32,000 nucleotides of DNA, from the NCBI RefSeq assembly GCF_008000775.2, contig NZ_CP042905.2:1920001-1952000 (forward strand). The letters run 5' to 3'. The notes below the pieces were generated by a model. That model did not search any database, was not told the DNA's origin, and saw only the letters and a list, made by a program, of their open reading frames with translations. The translations under genes and the position numbers were made by a program. This document shows, one piece after another, positions 1-8,460 of this stretch (within the stretch, counting starts at the first letter, position 1; every line of letters starts with the position of its first letter). The DNA is from Promethearchaeum syntrophicum (GTDB taxonomy: Archaea > Asgardarchaeota > Lokiarchaeia > Sigyniarchaeales > Promethearchaeaceae).

Positions 1-422
1 TGGATTCTCTTCCCTTTAGAAACTCTTCTTTTGATGGAATTTTCTCAATAGCCTCACTGCATCATCTAAGAAGTTTAAAAGAACGTCATAATACGATAAT
101 GGAGATAAATAGGATTGGGAGAAGAAATGCCCTTGTTTCTATAACAGTTTGGCGGTTTTATCAAAAAAAATTTCTAAAACAGTTTTTGGAACAATTAAAC
201 AACTCCTTTGATATAAAGGATAATTCTGAGATAGGAGATGTAATTGTTCCATGGATTGTGTCCCAAAAAGGAGGAGAAAAGAAAATTGAACGTTTTTACC
301 ATCTCTTTAGAGTTGTAGAATTCAGACGATTGATGTCTAAATTTGAGAAAATACATAAATCCACAATGGGAAAAGGAAAAAAAAAAGATAATTTTATTTT
401 TATAGGTAGAATAGCTAAATAA
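1..422 (+). CDS. C-terminal part (5' end outside window) of a class I SAM-dependent methyltransferase, Trm9/ALKBH8-like tRNA methyltransferase
   Basis: The frame is open from nt 3: DSLPFRNSSFDGIFSIASLHHL is the typical post-motif II/III region of Methyltransf_11 enzymes. Downstream ...SITVW...DVIVPWIV...ERFYHLFRVVEFRRLM resembles the Trm9 signature (VPW ... RYYHLF..GEL) as I remember it. Confidence 0.55.
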   Translation, partial: DSLPFRNSSFDGIFSIASLHHLRSLKERHNTIMEINRIGRRNALVSITVWRFYQKKFLKQFLEQLNNSFDIKDNSEIGDVIVPWIVSQKGGEKKIERFYHLFRVVEFRRLMSKFEKIHKSTMGKGKKKDNFIFIGRIAK

Positions 423-428
423 TTAACT

Positions 429-941
429 CTAATTTGCGTGACATTGGATGGAGTTAATAAAATTCAATATTGCTTCTTTATAATAATCAAATGCATTTGC
501 TAAACAATTTGCATGAATATGGAACAACCTTTGAGTTAGTTCACAAAAGAAGGTTGCATGAATAACTTTTGATACAAAATATCGTCTTCTATTCATCTGC
601 TGCCTGTTTCCGTACCAGATTGTCATTTCATGGGATAAATGCCATAGACTTTTCTCTATCTTAGATGTTGTGACATTAATCAAAGCATAATTTTGAATAG
701 ACTCGTTAACTATCTTCCCAAGGTGAAAATGACTGGCTTCTAACTTTTTCCATTCAATTGTAATATCTGAATCAGCTCCCCACACATCATCTGAAATTTG
801 AACGGATTTAAATTCGATTCTACCCTCGTCAAGATTTCCCTCCTTTTTAATAAATTTTTTATCACTTGAATAGATATTTGAAATTTTATTAATTACAATC
901 TGGTTTTCTATATTTAGATATTTCCAATTCTTTTGGAGCAT
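429..941 (-). CDS. hypothetical protein (170 aa), no recognisable family
   Basis: Long ORF tightly packed between neighbours. No motif recognised. Confidence 0.45.
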   Translation of the reverse strand: MLQKNWKYLNIENQIVINKISNIYSSDKKFIKKEGNLDEGRIEFKSVQISDDVWGADSDITIEWKKLEASHFHLGKIVNESIQNYALINVTTSKIEKSLWHLSHEMTIWYGNRQQMNRRRYFVSKVIHATFFCELTQRLFHIHANCLANAFDYYKEAILNFINSIQCHAN

Positions 942-1037
942 AATTTATTCTTTACGTCCGTAAATAAAAACATTTTACGCTTCTGATTAAAATTCAGAAA
1001 TGAAAAATTTTTTTTTAAATGGAGTTTTCAAGATGAC

Positions 1038-1517
1038 ATGAACCGAATTATTCGCTTTAGTTTAAAGGAAGTCAAAAAATCGGGTTTAAATATTAAATTG
1101 CTCAAATTCAATAATGTAAAAGTTGATGTGAGAAGAAAAACCGAAAAACCAGCAAATATTGAACTCCTTAAAAAAATGAAGTTAGATCCTTTACCTATAG
1201 GTGGTCAAAAGAAGCCTAAAAAAGTAAAATCAACTAAATCTGCTAAAATTGAAACAGAAGTAAAGGAAATAAAAGAAAAAACAGATGACAAACCCGTTAG
1301 TAAAGAAATAGCTAAATCAGTTCCAAAAAAATCAAAAATATCTAATTTAGAAGATTTAGAAGGAATGGAGCCAAAATATTTGAAAAAATTAACTGATTTA
1401 GGAATTGATTCTCCTTCGAAGATTATGGATGAAGATTTTAAGGAACTTGCTAAATTAATTAGATCAACTCAAAAATTAATTAAAAGTTGGCGAGCTCAAA
1501 TTACTGGGGAAGAATAA
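1038..1517 (+). CDS. lysine-rich protein with C-terminal helix-hairpin-helix-like segment
   Basis: Low-complexity K/E-rich middle. The C-terminal LEDLEGMEPKYLKKLTDLGIDSPSKIMDEDFKELAKLI looks like an HhH/DUF4332-type motif. Confidence 0.45.
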   Translation: MNRIIRFSLKEVKKSGLNIKLLKFNNVKVDVRRKTEKPANIELLKKMKLDPLPIGGQKKPKKVKSTKSAKIETEVKEIKEKTDDKPVSKEIAKSVPKKSKISNLEDLEGMEPKYLKKLTDLGIDSPSKIMDEDFKELAKLIRSTQKLIKSWRAQITGEE

Positions 1518-1519
1518 GC

Positions 1520-2185
1520 TTAATTGGCAATTTCTGCCAATGGAGATTTTATAATATCTATTTTTTTCAGTTTTTTTAGAATTTCAGCTACTTTTTCATG
1601 TGGGATATTTGTTTTTTCTGAAATCTGAAGAGGAGATAATGATCCTCTGCAAATATTAGCAATTGATAAGTCTTCTTCGGAAATTATTTCCATCTTAAGT
1701 AATTTTTCCAAAGTTGAGTCACTCACAATTAATTTTGGTCGATTTTCTGCGATTCTTCCGTCTCGAGTTAGCATTTCGATTTCAATAATAAATGAATTAA
1801 AAATTTCTTTTTTATTCGTTTGTAAGAATTTATCTATATCCATACTATGTTTTTGCCAAAATCTCCTACCCAATGTATCTAAAACCGATAATATTTTTTC
1901 CTTAATATCATCAACATCAGATAAGCAGCATAATAAGATTTTTGCTGGATGGTAATAGTGAATTATTATACTAAATTTATCGATCATTAAAATGCGGGAA
2001 AAATTAGATAGGGCTCTATTTTCTTGTATATTAGAACGTATATCATCCATAATATCGTTGATTACTTGAAAAAAATCACCAAATTCTTTAGATTGAGGAT
2101 AGTCTCGATATTCTATAATGGATAATCCCGTTTCACCATCAATAATATAGATCGCATGCAACATCATAAAACTATTACCAACCAA
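1520..2185 (-). CDS. longin/roadblock-like (SNARE-like superfamily) N-terminal domain fused to a C-terminal winged-HTH
   Basis: The N-terminus LHAIYIIDGETGLSIIEY...ILLCCLSDVDDIKEKILSVLDTLGRRF follows the beta-beta-alpha-beta-beta-beta-alpha pattern of AP-sigma/longin/roadblock domains. The C-terminus LSIANICRGSLSPLQISEKTNIPHEKVAEILKKLKKIDIIK is wHTH-like. The true start may be one of the internal Met residues at codons 7-8. Confidence 0.5.
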   Translation of the reverse strand: MVGNSFMMLHAIYIIDGETGLSIIEYRDYPQSKEFGDFFQVINDIMDDIRSNIQENRALSNFSRILMIDKFSIIIHYYHPAKILLCCLSDVDDIKEKILSVLDTLGRRFWQKHSMDIDKFLQTNKKEIFNSFIIEIEMLTRDGRIAENRPKLIVSDSTLEKLLKMEIISEEDLSIANICRGSLSPLQISEKTNIPHEKVAEILKKLKKIDIIKSPLAEIAN

Positions 2186-2265
2186 CTTATTTATAATTGG
2201 TTGTCAGAATTATTTTTAAATTTTAATCACAAAATATATCAAACCTAAAAAGATATTATTTTTGA

Positions 2266-3552
2266 ATGAGCCAAATATTTAATAAAAAAACTAAAGCAAT
2301 CATCCTAGTCATTTTAAGCATATATTCTCCCCTTTTAATCAGTATTACAATTGAGAGTGCGAATTCTGCTAATGGCGATATTTTTTTTAATGATAATAGT
2401 TCTATCACCTATGAGCTTACTTATACTATTGAATATCAATCCTTTAGATCAGCTTCAACATTTTTTAAAGCTTGGGTCCCAAGGATAGAAAATTGGTCTA
2501 CAGATCAAACTAGTAAATTAATATCTCAAATAAATCCTGAAAATGTAATAGATCAAACTTTTGATGAATATGACATATACAATAATTCTTATGACTATTA
2601 TTACAAAGAAATGGAAGGACTAAATGGAGATCAGTCATTTTATTTGCAGTACAAATATGAGATAACCTCTTCTGGATTTAAATATGAGATTCCCGATAAT
2701 ATAACACTCGATAATTATGATACAAGCTCAAATCTTTACCAATATTATACTTCATATCAACCTTATACTGAAATAAATGATACTAATATTATGAATACCG
2801 CATTAAATGTAACAGATGGGAAATCTTCCTTAAATGAAATGATAGAAGCGATTTATTTATATGTGGTTGAAAATCTTCTCTATGAAGTGTTACCTGATGC
2901 TATTGGAGCTGCTGAAGCTCTCTCGACCAAAGTGGGGGATTGTTCAGAATATTCTTCTCTCATGGTTGCTTTATTAAGAACAGTTGGCATTCCTGCCAGA
3001 AAAGTCCTAGGAATCGCACTCACTGACGAGGATCCTGAAGAACAAATACCGAAATATGATGTAAAAGTTGGGGATGTTTGGTCTTATTCATCAGATTTAA
3101 ATAATGTTCCAGGTCATGCTTGGGTACAATATTATATCCCGGAAATTGGATGGGTTTCTGCTGATCCAACATGGGGAAATGGAGTATATAAAAATAATCC
3201 AGAATATGTTTTAGAATACCTAAATCAAATGGATTATATTCATTTAATAACTTCGGTCGGAGATTATTACGGAGTGGGGATAGAACCTCCATTAGATCTT
3301 ATTGATTCAGATGAGGAAGGAATTGCCGAAATTCCATTCGTCTATGCAATAGGGAATGCTGGATCGTCTTATTCCGAGATATCATTAACTTATGATTTTA
3401 AAGTTATTGATGTAAATTTATCAGGGGTTTCCACAATAGGAATTCCTAATATGTTTATCTTTATAGGTATCGGTGGTGGAATCTTTCTATTATTTGCCTT
3501 AATCGGAATTGCAGGTATTAGGAAAAGAAATAAAAAGGGAAATTATAGATAA
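2266..3552 (+). CDS. membrane-anchored transglutaminase-like cysteine protease domain protein
   Basis: N-terminal hydrophobic signal/anchor (AIILVILSIYSPLLISI). Transglutaminase core Cys motif GDCSEYSSLMVALLRTVGIPARKV, then GHAWVQYY...WVSADPTWG (His/Asp). C-terminal TM helix plus basic tail. Confidence 0.8.
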   Translation: MSQIFNKKTKAIILVILSIYSPLLISITIESANSANGDIFFNDNSSITYELTYTIEYQSFRSASTFFKAWVPRIENWSTDQTSKLISQINPENVIDQTFDEYDIYNNSYDYYYKEMEGLNGDQSFYLQYKYEITSSGFKYEIPDNITLDNYDTSSNLYQYYTSYQPYTEINDTNIMNTALNVTDGKSSLNEMIEAIYLYVVENLLYEVLPDAIGAAEALSTKVGDCSEYSSLMVALLRTVGIPARKVLGIALTDEDPEEQIPKYDVKVGDVWSYSSDLNNVPGHAWVQYYIPEIGWVSADPTWGNGVYKNNPEYVLEYLNQMDYIHLITSVGDYYGVGIEPPLDLIDSDEEGIAEIPFVYAIGNAGSSYSEISLTYDFKVIDVNLSGVSTIGIPNMFIFIGIGGGIFLLFALIGIAGIRKRNKKGNYR

Positions 3553-4958
3553 GTCTGAATTAGAAGTTTGATTCGTTCTTTAAATTTAGGAAAATGTCTT
3601 TCAAATTTTTTTCTTATATTTTCTTCATTATTTGTTAAAGTAAGGAGATATAGAGAATTATCATCCAAGTTAAAATGATTAAATAGAACCATGCTATTTT
3701 CCATCTGCCAAAGAGCTTGATTTTTTGTGATTAACTTAAAATCTGTGAATGTTCTGAATAAATTTTGAAAATGCGGCGCAGAAATCTCTGAAACAAGTTC
3801 AATATCTTTATCAATTGCATAATCACTTAAAATTAAAGAACTTTCATTAAGTAGAAGCATAGCTTGCGCATTTAATTTCGAAGCAAACCATTGTAATTGA
3901 GCAGCAAAAATTTCTTTATTCGGACTAAGTGCATTAATTCCTTCGGAAAATGATTTATTGAGTGAATAAGCCTCGAAAATGGAAGTGTTGAAGAAATGAA
4001 TTGTAAATCCTGTAGAGAATTCAGTGAATTTTTTCTTTAATTTTTCTAGTTTTGCTTTTAGTTCCGGAGTGTCTGAGATATCAGGATCCATTTTATGGAA
4101 ATTAATTATTATTGGTGGATATTGATTGAAGGCTCTCAATATTCCTATAAGCTTACCGAAATATTCAAAAGATTCTTCAAATCTATTATCATCGCGAATA
4201 TCAATGAAGTAAAATAATAAATTGGTATCATAAAGGTACAGATCTGCATTTTTAATATAAGATCTGCGGTATTTTTCTTGCCCTCCAAGATCCCAATCCA
4301 TTATTTGATGTCCTAATACGTTAATTTCTGATCTTTCTATCCCTTTTGTAGGTCTGATTTCAGTAAGTTCACTAAATTTTTCGTGCAATGCTCGTAAATA
4401 TGAAGTTTTTCCTGAATTTCCCAATCCCACAAAAAGAACTTTTAATTTTCTCGATAATTCAATGGGAGTATTAACTTCTGAAATATAATTCTCCACCTTT
4501 TGAGCTAAAGAATTAATTAAATCTCCAATTTCCTCATGGGAAACACCCTCATAAGCTAGCAATTTTGCTGTTTCGGCAAGCATAATTGATAGTTGTTTTG
4601 TATTTTCATAAAGGAAATATGAACGTTTATCTTCAACTAATAAGGAAATAGTAGCTGCTTTCGCTTTTCCTCTGGCAGATTCATCTTTGATTAAAAAGAA
4701 ATAGGTTAAACCAGTGAGTTCCAAATCAGGAAATGGTAAAATTCCAAAATATTTTACTGAATCGAAGAAATTTCCACCCTGGTAGATTTGTTCACCCATC
4801 AAAAGACTTATAGATTTCATCGCGATAATCATCCGATTGTCTTCAGATATAATATCTGGAACACATATCTTTGGAACTGGGCCTTCTTTTTCAAAAACAG
4901 ATAAAATTATGGTGGATGATGTTTCATTCTTGCTGGAAAAGTCTTTTGTTTCTACCAT
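3543..4958 (-). CDS. three-domain protein: FLCN/DENN-type longin-like domain + Arf/Rag-like small GTPase + C-terminal roadblock-like domain (paralog 1)
   Basis: G1 GLGNSGKT (nt 4404-4427). G3 WDLGGQEKYR. G4 HKMD (nt 4086-4097, verified on the DNA). G5 region FNTSIFEAYSLNKSFSEGINALSPN parallels RagA [22 protein letters not shown]. The C-terminal LLLNESSLILSDY... block is roadblock-like. The N-terminal ~165 aa aligns to the FLCN longin blocks (see findings). Confidence 0.75.
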   Translation of the reverse strand: MVETKDFSSKNETSSTIILSVFEKEGPVPKICVPDIISEDNRMIIAMKSISLLMGEQIYQGGNFFDSVKYFGILPFPDLELTGLTYFFLIKDESARGKAKAATISLLVEDKRSYFLYENTKQLSIMLAETAKLLAYEGVSHEEIGDLINSLAQKVENYISEVNTPIELSRKLKVLFVGLGNSGKTSYLRALHEKFSELTEIRPTKGIERSEINVLGHQIMDWDLGGQEKYRRSYIKNADLYLYDTNLLFYFIDIRDDNRFEESFEYFGKLIGILRAFNQYPPIIINFHKMDPDISDTPELKAKLEKLKKKFTEFSTGFTIHFFNTSIFEAYSLNKSFSEGINALSPNKEIFAAQLQWFASKLNAQAMLLLNESSLILSDYAIDKDIELVSEISAPHFQNLFRTFTDFKLITKNQALWQMENSMVLFNHFNLDDNSLYLLTLTNNEENIRKKFERHFPKFKERIKLLIQTYL

Positions 4959-5053
4959 CTAATTTGAGCCTCAAATTTCTTTACTTTCAAAAAATAAAAA
5001 CTAATTTAATTTAATTTATTATTTGCTAATTATAAACATATTAGGTAATTCTT

Positions 5054-5920
5054 TTGGATGATACAAAAAATACAAAAAATCTTCTCGAGAAGTTAAAAAA
5101 AGAATTAGTACTTTTATACGAATATAGTGAAAAACCTTCGAGATTTCCGATAGAATATCACTCAGGTATGGAAGTTTTAGAAGATATTAATCTCTCTAAA
5201 TCATATAATGAGAAAACAACAAAAAGAAAAGAGTACTGGTCAAAAAAAGATCATAAAATTGAAAATCAAAAAAGGGAAATGTATAAGAATTTTCAAAAGT
5301 TTCAACCCCATAATATAATCAGAAATAAAGATAAAACATACACTTATTCTCCACATGAAAGGACTTATTCATCGCTTTTCCAATGTATCAAAGATCTTAC
5401 TGAAAAATTCTCAATTGAAGATTTACTTACTGGATTCACCTGGCAAGAATTTGAACAATTTATAACCTCTGCTTTGGATCATTATGGTTATCACGCTTTT
5501 AGAACATTTAGATACACTGTAAATAAGAAACGTCATGAAGTCGATGTCATTGCCCGTGAACGTAATGATATATTGTTTATTGATGCTAAAAGGTGGAACT
5601 CTAAAACTGCAAATGAATCTGCCCTAATCAAAGCAGCTCAAGAACAATATCTAAGAGCGCAGAAGCTTGTATTAAATCCAAAAATTGCAGGCCAATTACT
5701 CCAAAAATTACATATACCAATAAATCAAAAATTTAAAAGCTGTAATATCTACTCAATTATCTTAGTTTCGAGTAATTTGAAGGAAATTATTACTGCTGAT
5801 GGGATACCTATTTTGGATTTTGCCCGATTTAATGCTTTTCTTAATAATTTTCACTCTACAAAAAGTAATTTAAAAAGTGTTAAGTTGTCCAAAGTAATAT
5901 TTCAAAAAAAACTACTATGA
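5054..5920 (+). CDS. PD-(D/E)xK superfamily nuclease-like protein (NERD/Mrr-like core)
   Basis: ...HEVDVIARERNDILFIDAKRW fits the E/D-x-D...(D/E)-x-K core of NERD/Mrr-type restriction-endonuclease folds. The ORF begins with TTG at 5054. Confidence 0.5.
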   Translation: MDDTKNTKNLLEKLKKELVLLYEYSEKPSRFPIEYHSGMEVLEDINLSKSYNEKTTKRKEYWSKKDHKIENQKREMYKNFQKFQPHNIIRNKDKTYTYSPHERTYSSLFQCIKDLTEKFSIEDLLTGFTWQEFEQFITSALDHYGYHAFRTFRYTVNKKRHEVDVIARERNDILFIDAKRWNSKTANESALIKAAQEQYLRAQKLVLNPKIAGQLLQKLHIPINQKFKSCNIYSIILVSSNLKEIITADGIPILDFARFNAFLNNFHSTKSNLKSVKLSKVIFQKKLL

Positions 5921-5927
5921 ATTATTT

Positions 5928-6953
5928 TTAAATAATTCCTTGTAGTAAAGTTATAAAAGAATCGATTTTTTCACGCAAGAGGTGTTCTCCTCTCTTAGGA
6001 GTCATAATAATTAGAAAAAGGGGTTCAGAAGCTCGTTTAATGCGGAATTGATCAGTGAAAAATCGTTTGTTTCCTCGTTCTATAATCATTGATTGTTCCC
6101 CTTGAACGTCATCTTCTAAGGAATCGTTCAGAGTAAGAAAATACGGAGTAGATTTCGTTAATATTTGCTTTGATTCTTCATTCTCGAAAAATTGTCCTAT
6201 TACCAGAGAATTAGAGTCCAAAACTAAGATTGCATTGCAATTTGAATCCAAAGATTCTGCAAATTCTTGGATTGTCTTATCTAATAACTCAGATTGCGGG
6301 AAAATTTTTAACAATAGATCTGAAAATGATGAAATAATTGACCATAAATCGTAAATTGTCGTGTTTGAATAGGAGACATTGAACTCTTCCTCAATAATAT
6401 TACGAATTTCATCTTTCAACTGTGAAATTAATCCTTCTAGATGGATTCCCTCGTTTTTCGCATAAGTTGGGTCAAATTTATGGAAAAATATGTATATTAG
6501 CGGTGAAATTTCTAATTTTCTGAATTCTTTAATTACATCCGAAAAGTATGAAATCGATTCTTCCATCCGTCCTCGATCTTGAATATCAATTACATAAATG
6601 CAGACATTAGATCTATCGAAATACTTCGTCGGCTCTTTTAAATAAGCGATACGGTATTTTTCTTGCCCCCCTAAATCCCATTCAGAAATATCATTTCCTA
6701 AAAATTCGAAAATTTTGCGTTGCGCTTGTCTAGTCGGTTTTAACATGGCAATCTGTGAAATTTCTTTTTGAAGAACCTTAATAATGCTTGTTTTTCCCGA
6801 GTTATCAAGTCCTGTGAAAAGGATCTTCTCGGAAATTTCCCGAGATTTGGTTTTTTTAATGATGAGAGTTTTTTCAAGATCATATTTTATATTCTTTTTT
6901 TTCCCATGAATATCGTGAGAATCTTGCTCAGATTGGATTTTATGTTCAAGCAT
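5928..6953 (-). CDS. Arf/Rag-like small GTPase + C-terminal roadblock-like domain (paralog 2, no longin domain)
   Basis: G1 GLDNSGKT. G3 WDLGGQEKYR. G4 HKFD (nt 6471-6482, verified). G5 NTTIYDLWSIISSFSDLLLKIFPQ. C-terminal AILVLDSNSLVIGQFF... is roadblock-like. Confidence 0.75.
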   Translation of the reverse strand: MLEHKIQSEQDSHDIHGKKKNIKYDLEKTLIIKKTKSREISEKILFTGLDNSGKTSIIKVLQKEISQIAMLKPTRQAQRKIFEFLGNDISEWDLGGQEKYRIAYLKEPTKYFDRSNVCIYVIDIQDRGRMEESISYFSDVIKEFRKLEISPLIYIFFHKFDPTYAKNEGIHLEGLISQLKDEIRNIIEEEFNVSYSNTTIYDLWSIISSFSDLLLKIFPQSELLDKTIQEFAESLDSNCNAILVLDSNSLVIGQFFENEESKQILTKSTPYFLTLNDSLEDDVQGEQSMIIERGNKRFFTDQFRIKRASEPLFLIIMTPKRGEHLLREKIDSFITLLQGII

Positions 6954-7257
6954 TGTATGTATTTTCCCCCACTCAATAAAGTAGTAGTATTATACCCCTA
7001 AAAAGTATTTGTAATTCCTTGTTTACCGATTGATAAATTTCTTAGAATATTTTTAATAATTTCGTTTTGAGAAATATTATTTAATCTGATAATTTACAGA
7101 AATTTTTTTTGATATATAAATGGAAAAAAAAGACGGCTATATAAAATAATGGGATCAATTTGAGAGGATTAATATTTGGATTGGAGTTTTTTAACCCCAC
7201 GAATTTTATGAGAGATGTTCTTCGATTATTGATAGCAATTTAAAGAGGGTATTGGGA

Positions 7258-8091
7258 TTATTTGAGAATTTTAAGTCCATTTGGTAAATCGAATGAAATT
7301 TTTTGGGAGATTTGCAGGAGGGCGGGATCTGTATACGGCAGAGAGTTTTCGAGGATTTTTTGGATGGTGGGGGTGGCTTCATGGATGAGGCGTTCAATGA
7401 GGGCGGGAGGCATGGCGGATGGGTTTGAGATATAATCGTGGGCGAGTTTTTCGACGGGAGTTTTAAAGTATTCGTAGAGGGGAGGGAGGTTTTCGTGAAT
7501 GAAAGCCTTTTGAAGTCGTTCATGATAGATTTGAACTTCTTTAATTTCGTTTGGTTTGGATTCATTTGGGTTGGATTCGAGTGTGCTGAATTTGAGCGGG
7601 TCAGATTCGAGTGTGCTGAATTTGAGTGAGTCAGATTCGAGTGTGTTGAATTTCGATGGTTCGATGGAATCTGAGTTGATGCAGTTTTTAAATAGTTTCA
7701 TACCGTGGGGAGCGAAATCAAAAAGTGTGGAGCTGTCTGTGTAATAAGGAAGTAAGTAGTGAAGAAATGGGAGTGATAAACCCGAGAGTGAGCGAATTTT
7801 TGTAGGAGTATTGAAAATAATTAATGTTTCTGATATTTTGTAATCTTCATTGAACTCATCGAAAATCTTTTTAAAATCCGTGTTTTCGGGGAAAGAGGGG
7901 AATCCTTCGAAGGAGTGGATTAGGCAGTTTTCAAATGTAAATCCAAAGAAACTGTTAGGAAAGGATGACTCTTTAACAAAGGAAAAATCTTTTATGATGT
8001 AATCCTCAACAAATAGGTGGTTATGCTGAATCTTCCCGGGTAAATCGAATGGACCGGCGATTTTAAATTGAACATAATCATCAGATCCCAT
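7258..8091 (-). CDS. hypothetical protein with internal 10-aa tandem repeats; GC-rich relative to surroundings
   Basis: I place the start at the ATG at 8089-8091 (MGSDDYVQFK...). The upstream extension of the track ORF to 8223 is low-complexity F/L-rich sequence that runs through the inverted-repeat arm. No family recognised. Confidence 0.5.
   Translation of the reverse strand: MGSDDYVQFKIAGPFDLPGKIQHNHLFVEDYIIKDFSFVKESSFPNSFFGFTFENCLIHSFEGFPSFPENTDFKKIFDEFNEDYKISETLIIFNTPTKIRSLSGLSLPFLHYLLPYYTDSSTLFDFAPHGMKLFKNCINSDSIEPSKFNTLESDSLKFSTLESDPLKFSTLESNPNESKPNEIKEVQIYHERLQKAFIHENLPPLYEYFKTPVEKLAHDYISNPSAMPPALIERLIHEATPTIQKILENSLPYTDPALLQISQKISFDLPNGLKILK
7574..7663. repeat. 3 x 30-bp in-frame tandem repeat inside CDS 7258-8091
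   Basis: gattcgagtgtgctgaatttgagcgggtca / gattcgagtgtgctgaatttgagtgagtca / gattcgagtgtgttgaatttcgatggttcg. These encode the repeated ..KF(N/S)TLES(D/N).. peptide on the minus strand. Confidence 0.9.
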
Positions 8092-8118
8092 AAATATATT
8101 ATAATAACATAAATATTT

Positions 8119-8196
8119 AATTGTTGTGGGAAGCGGAAATAAAAGCAAAAAAAGCGGAAATAGTTTGAAAAAAGCAGAAAAAAACACAAAAAAATT
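8119..8196. repeat. left arm of a long imperfect inverted repeat (pairs with 8994-9067)
   Basis: aattgttgtgggaagcggaaataaaagcaaaaaaagcggaaatagtttgaaaaaagcagaaa... compared with the reverse complement of the right arm, aattgtggggagcggaaataaaccaaaacaaaatggaaataaaagcaaaaaagcagaaa.... Identity is about 75% over ~75 nt by hand alignment, with anchored blocks agcggaaataaa and aaaaaagcagaaa in the same order. Confidence 0.7.
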
Positions 8197-8460
8197 AATA
8201 CTAAAAAATAAAATTGCTTCCAAAAAAAGATATTACCCAGCTTAAAAAGATAAATCTGTAACTCGTCTTTTTCTATCTTAAGAGGGTTCAAAATATAAGT
8301 GATTTCTAACTTTTCATCAGAAATGTTTTAAATTCATCTGCGAAGCTTCGATTTTGCCAATTTTCATGGACTTCCATTAAAAATCTCCGATATAAATAGC
8401 GAGAAAAAAAACAAATAAAAATTTTTTTTACCCCCCCCATATCACCCATACAAAAAAGAG

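Noticed and set aside
7992-8291. Track ORFs 7992-8291(-) and the N-terminal extension of 7258-8223(-) beyond 8091
   Set aside because: The translations are low-complexity F/L/K strings generated by the A/T-rich inverted-repeat arm. A good internal ATG at 8089-8091 begins the non-repetitive protein.
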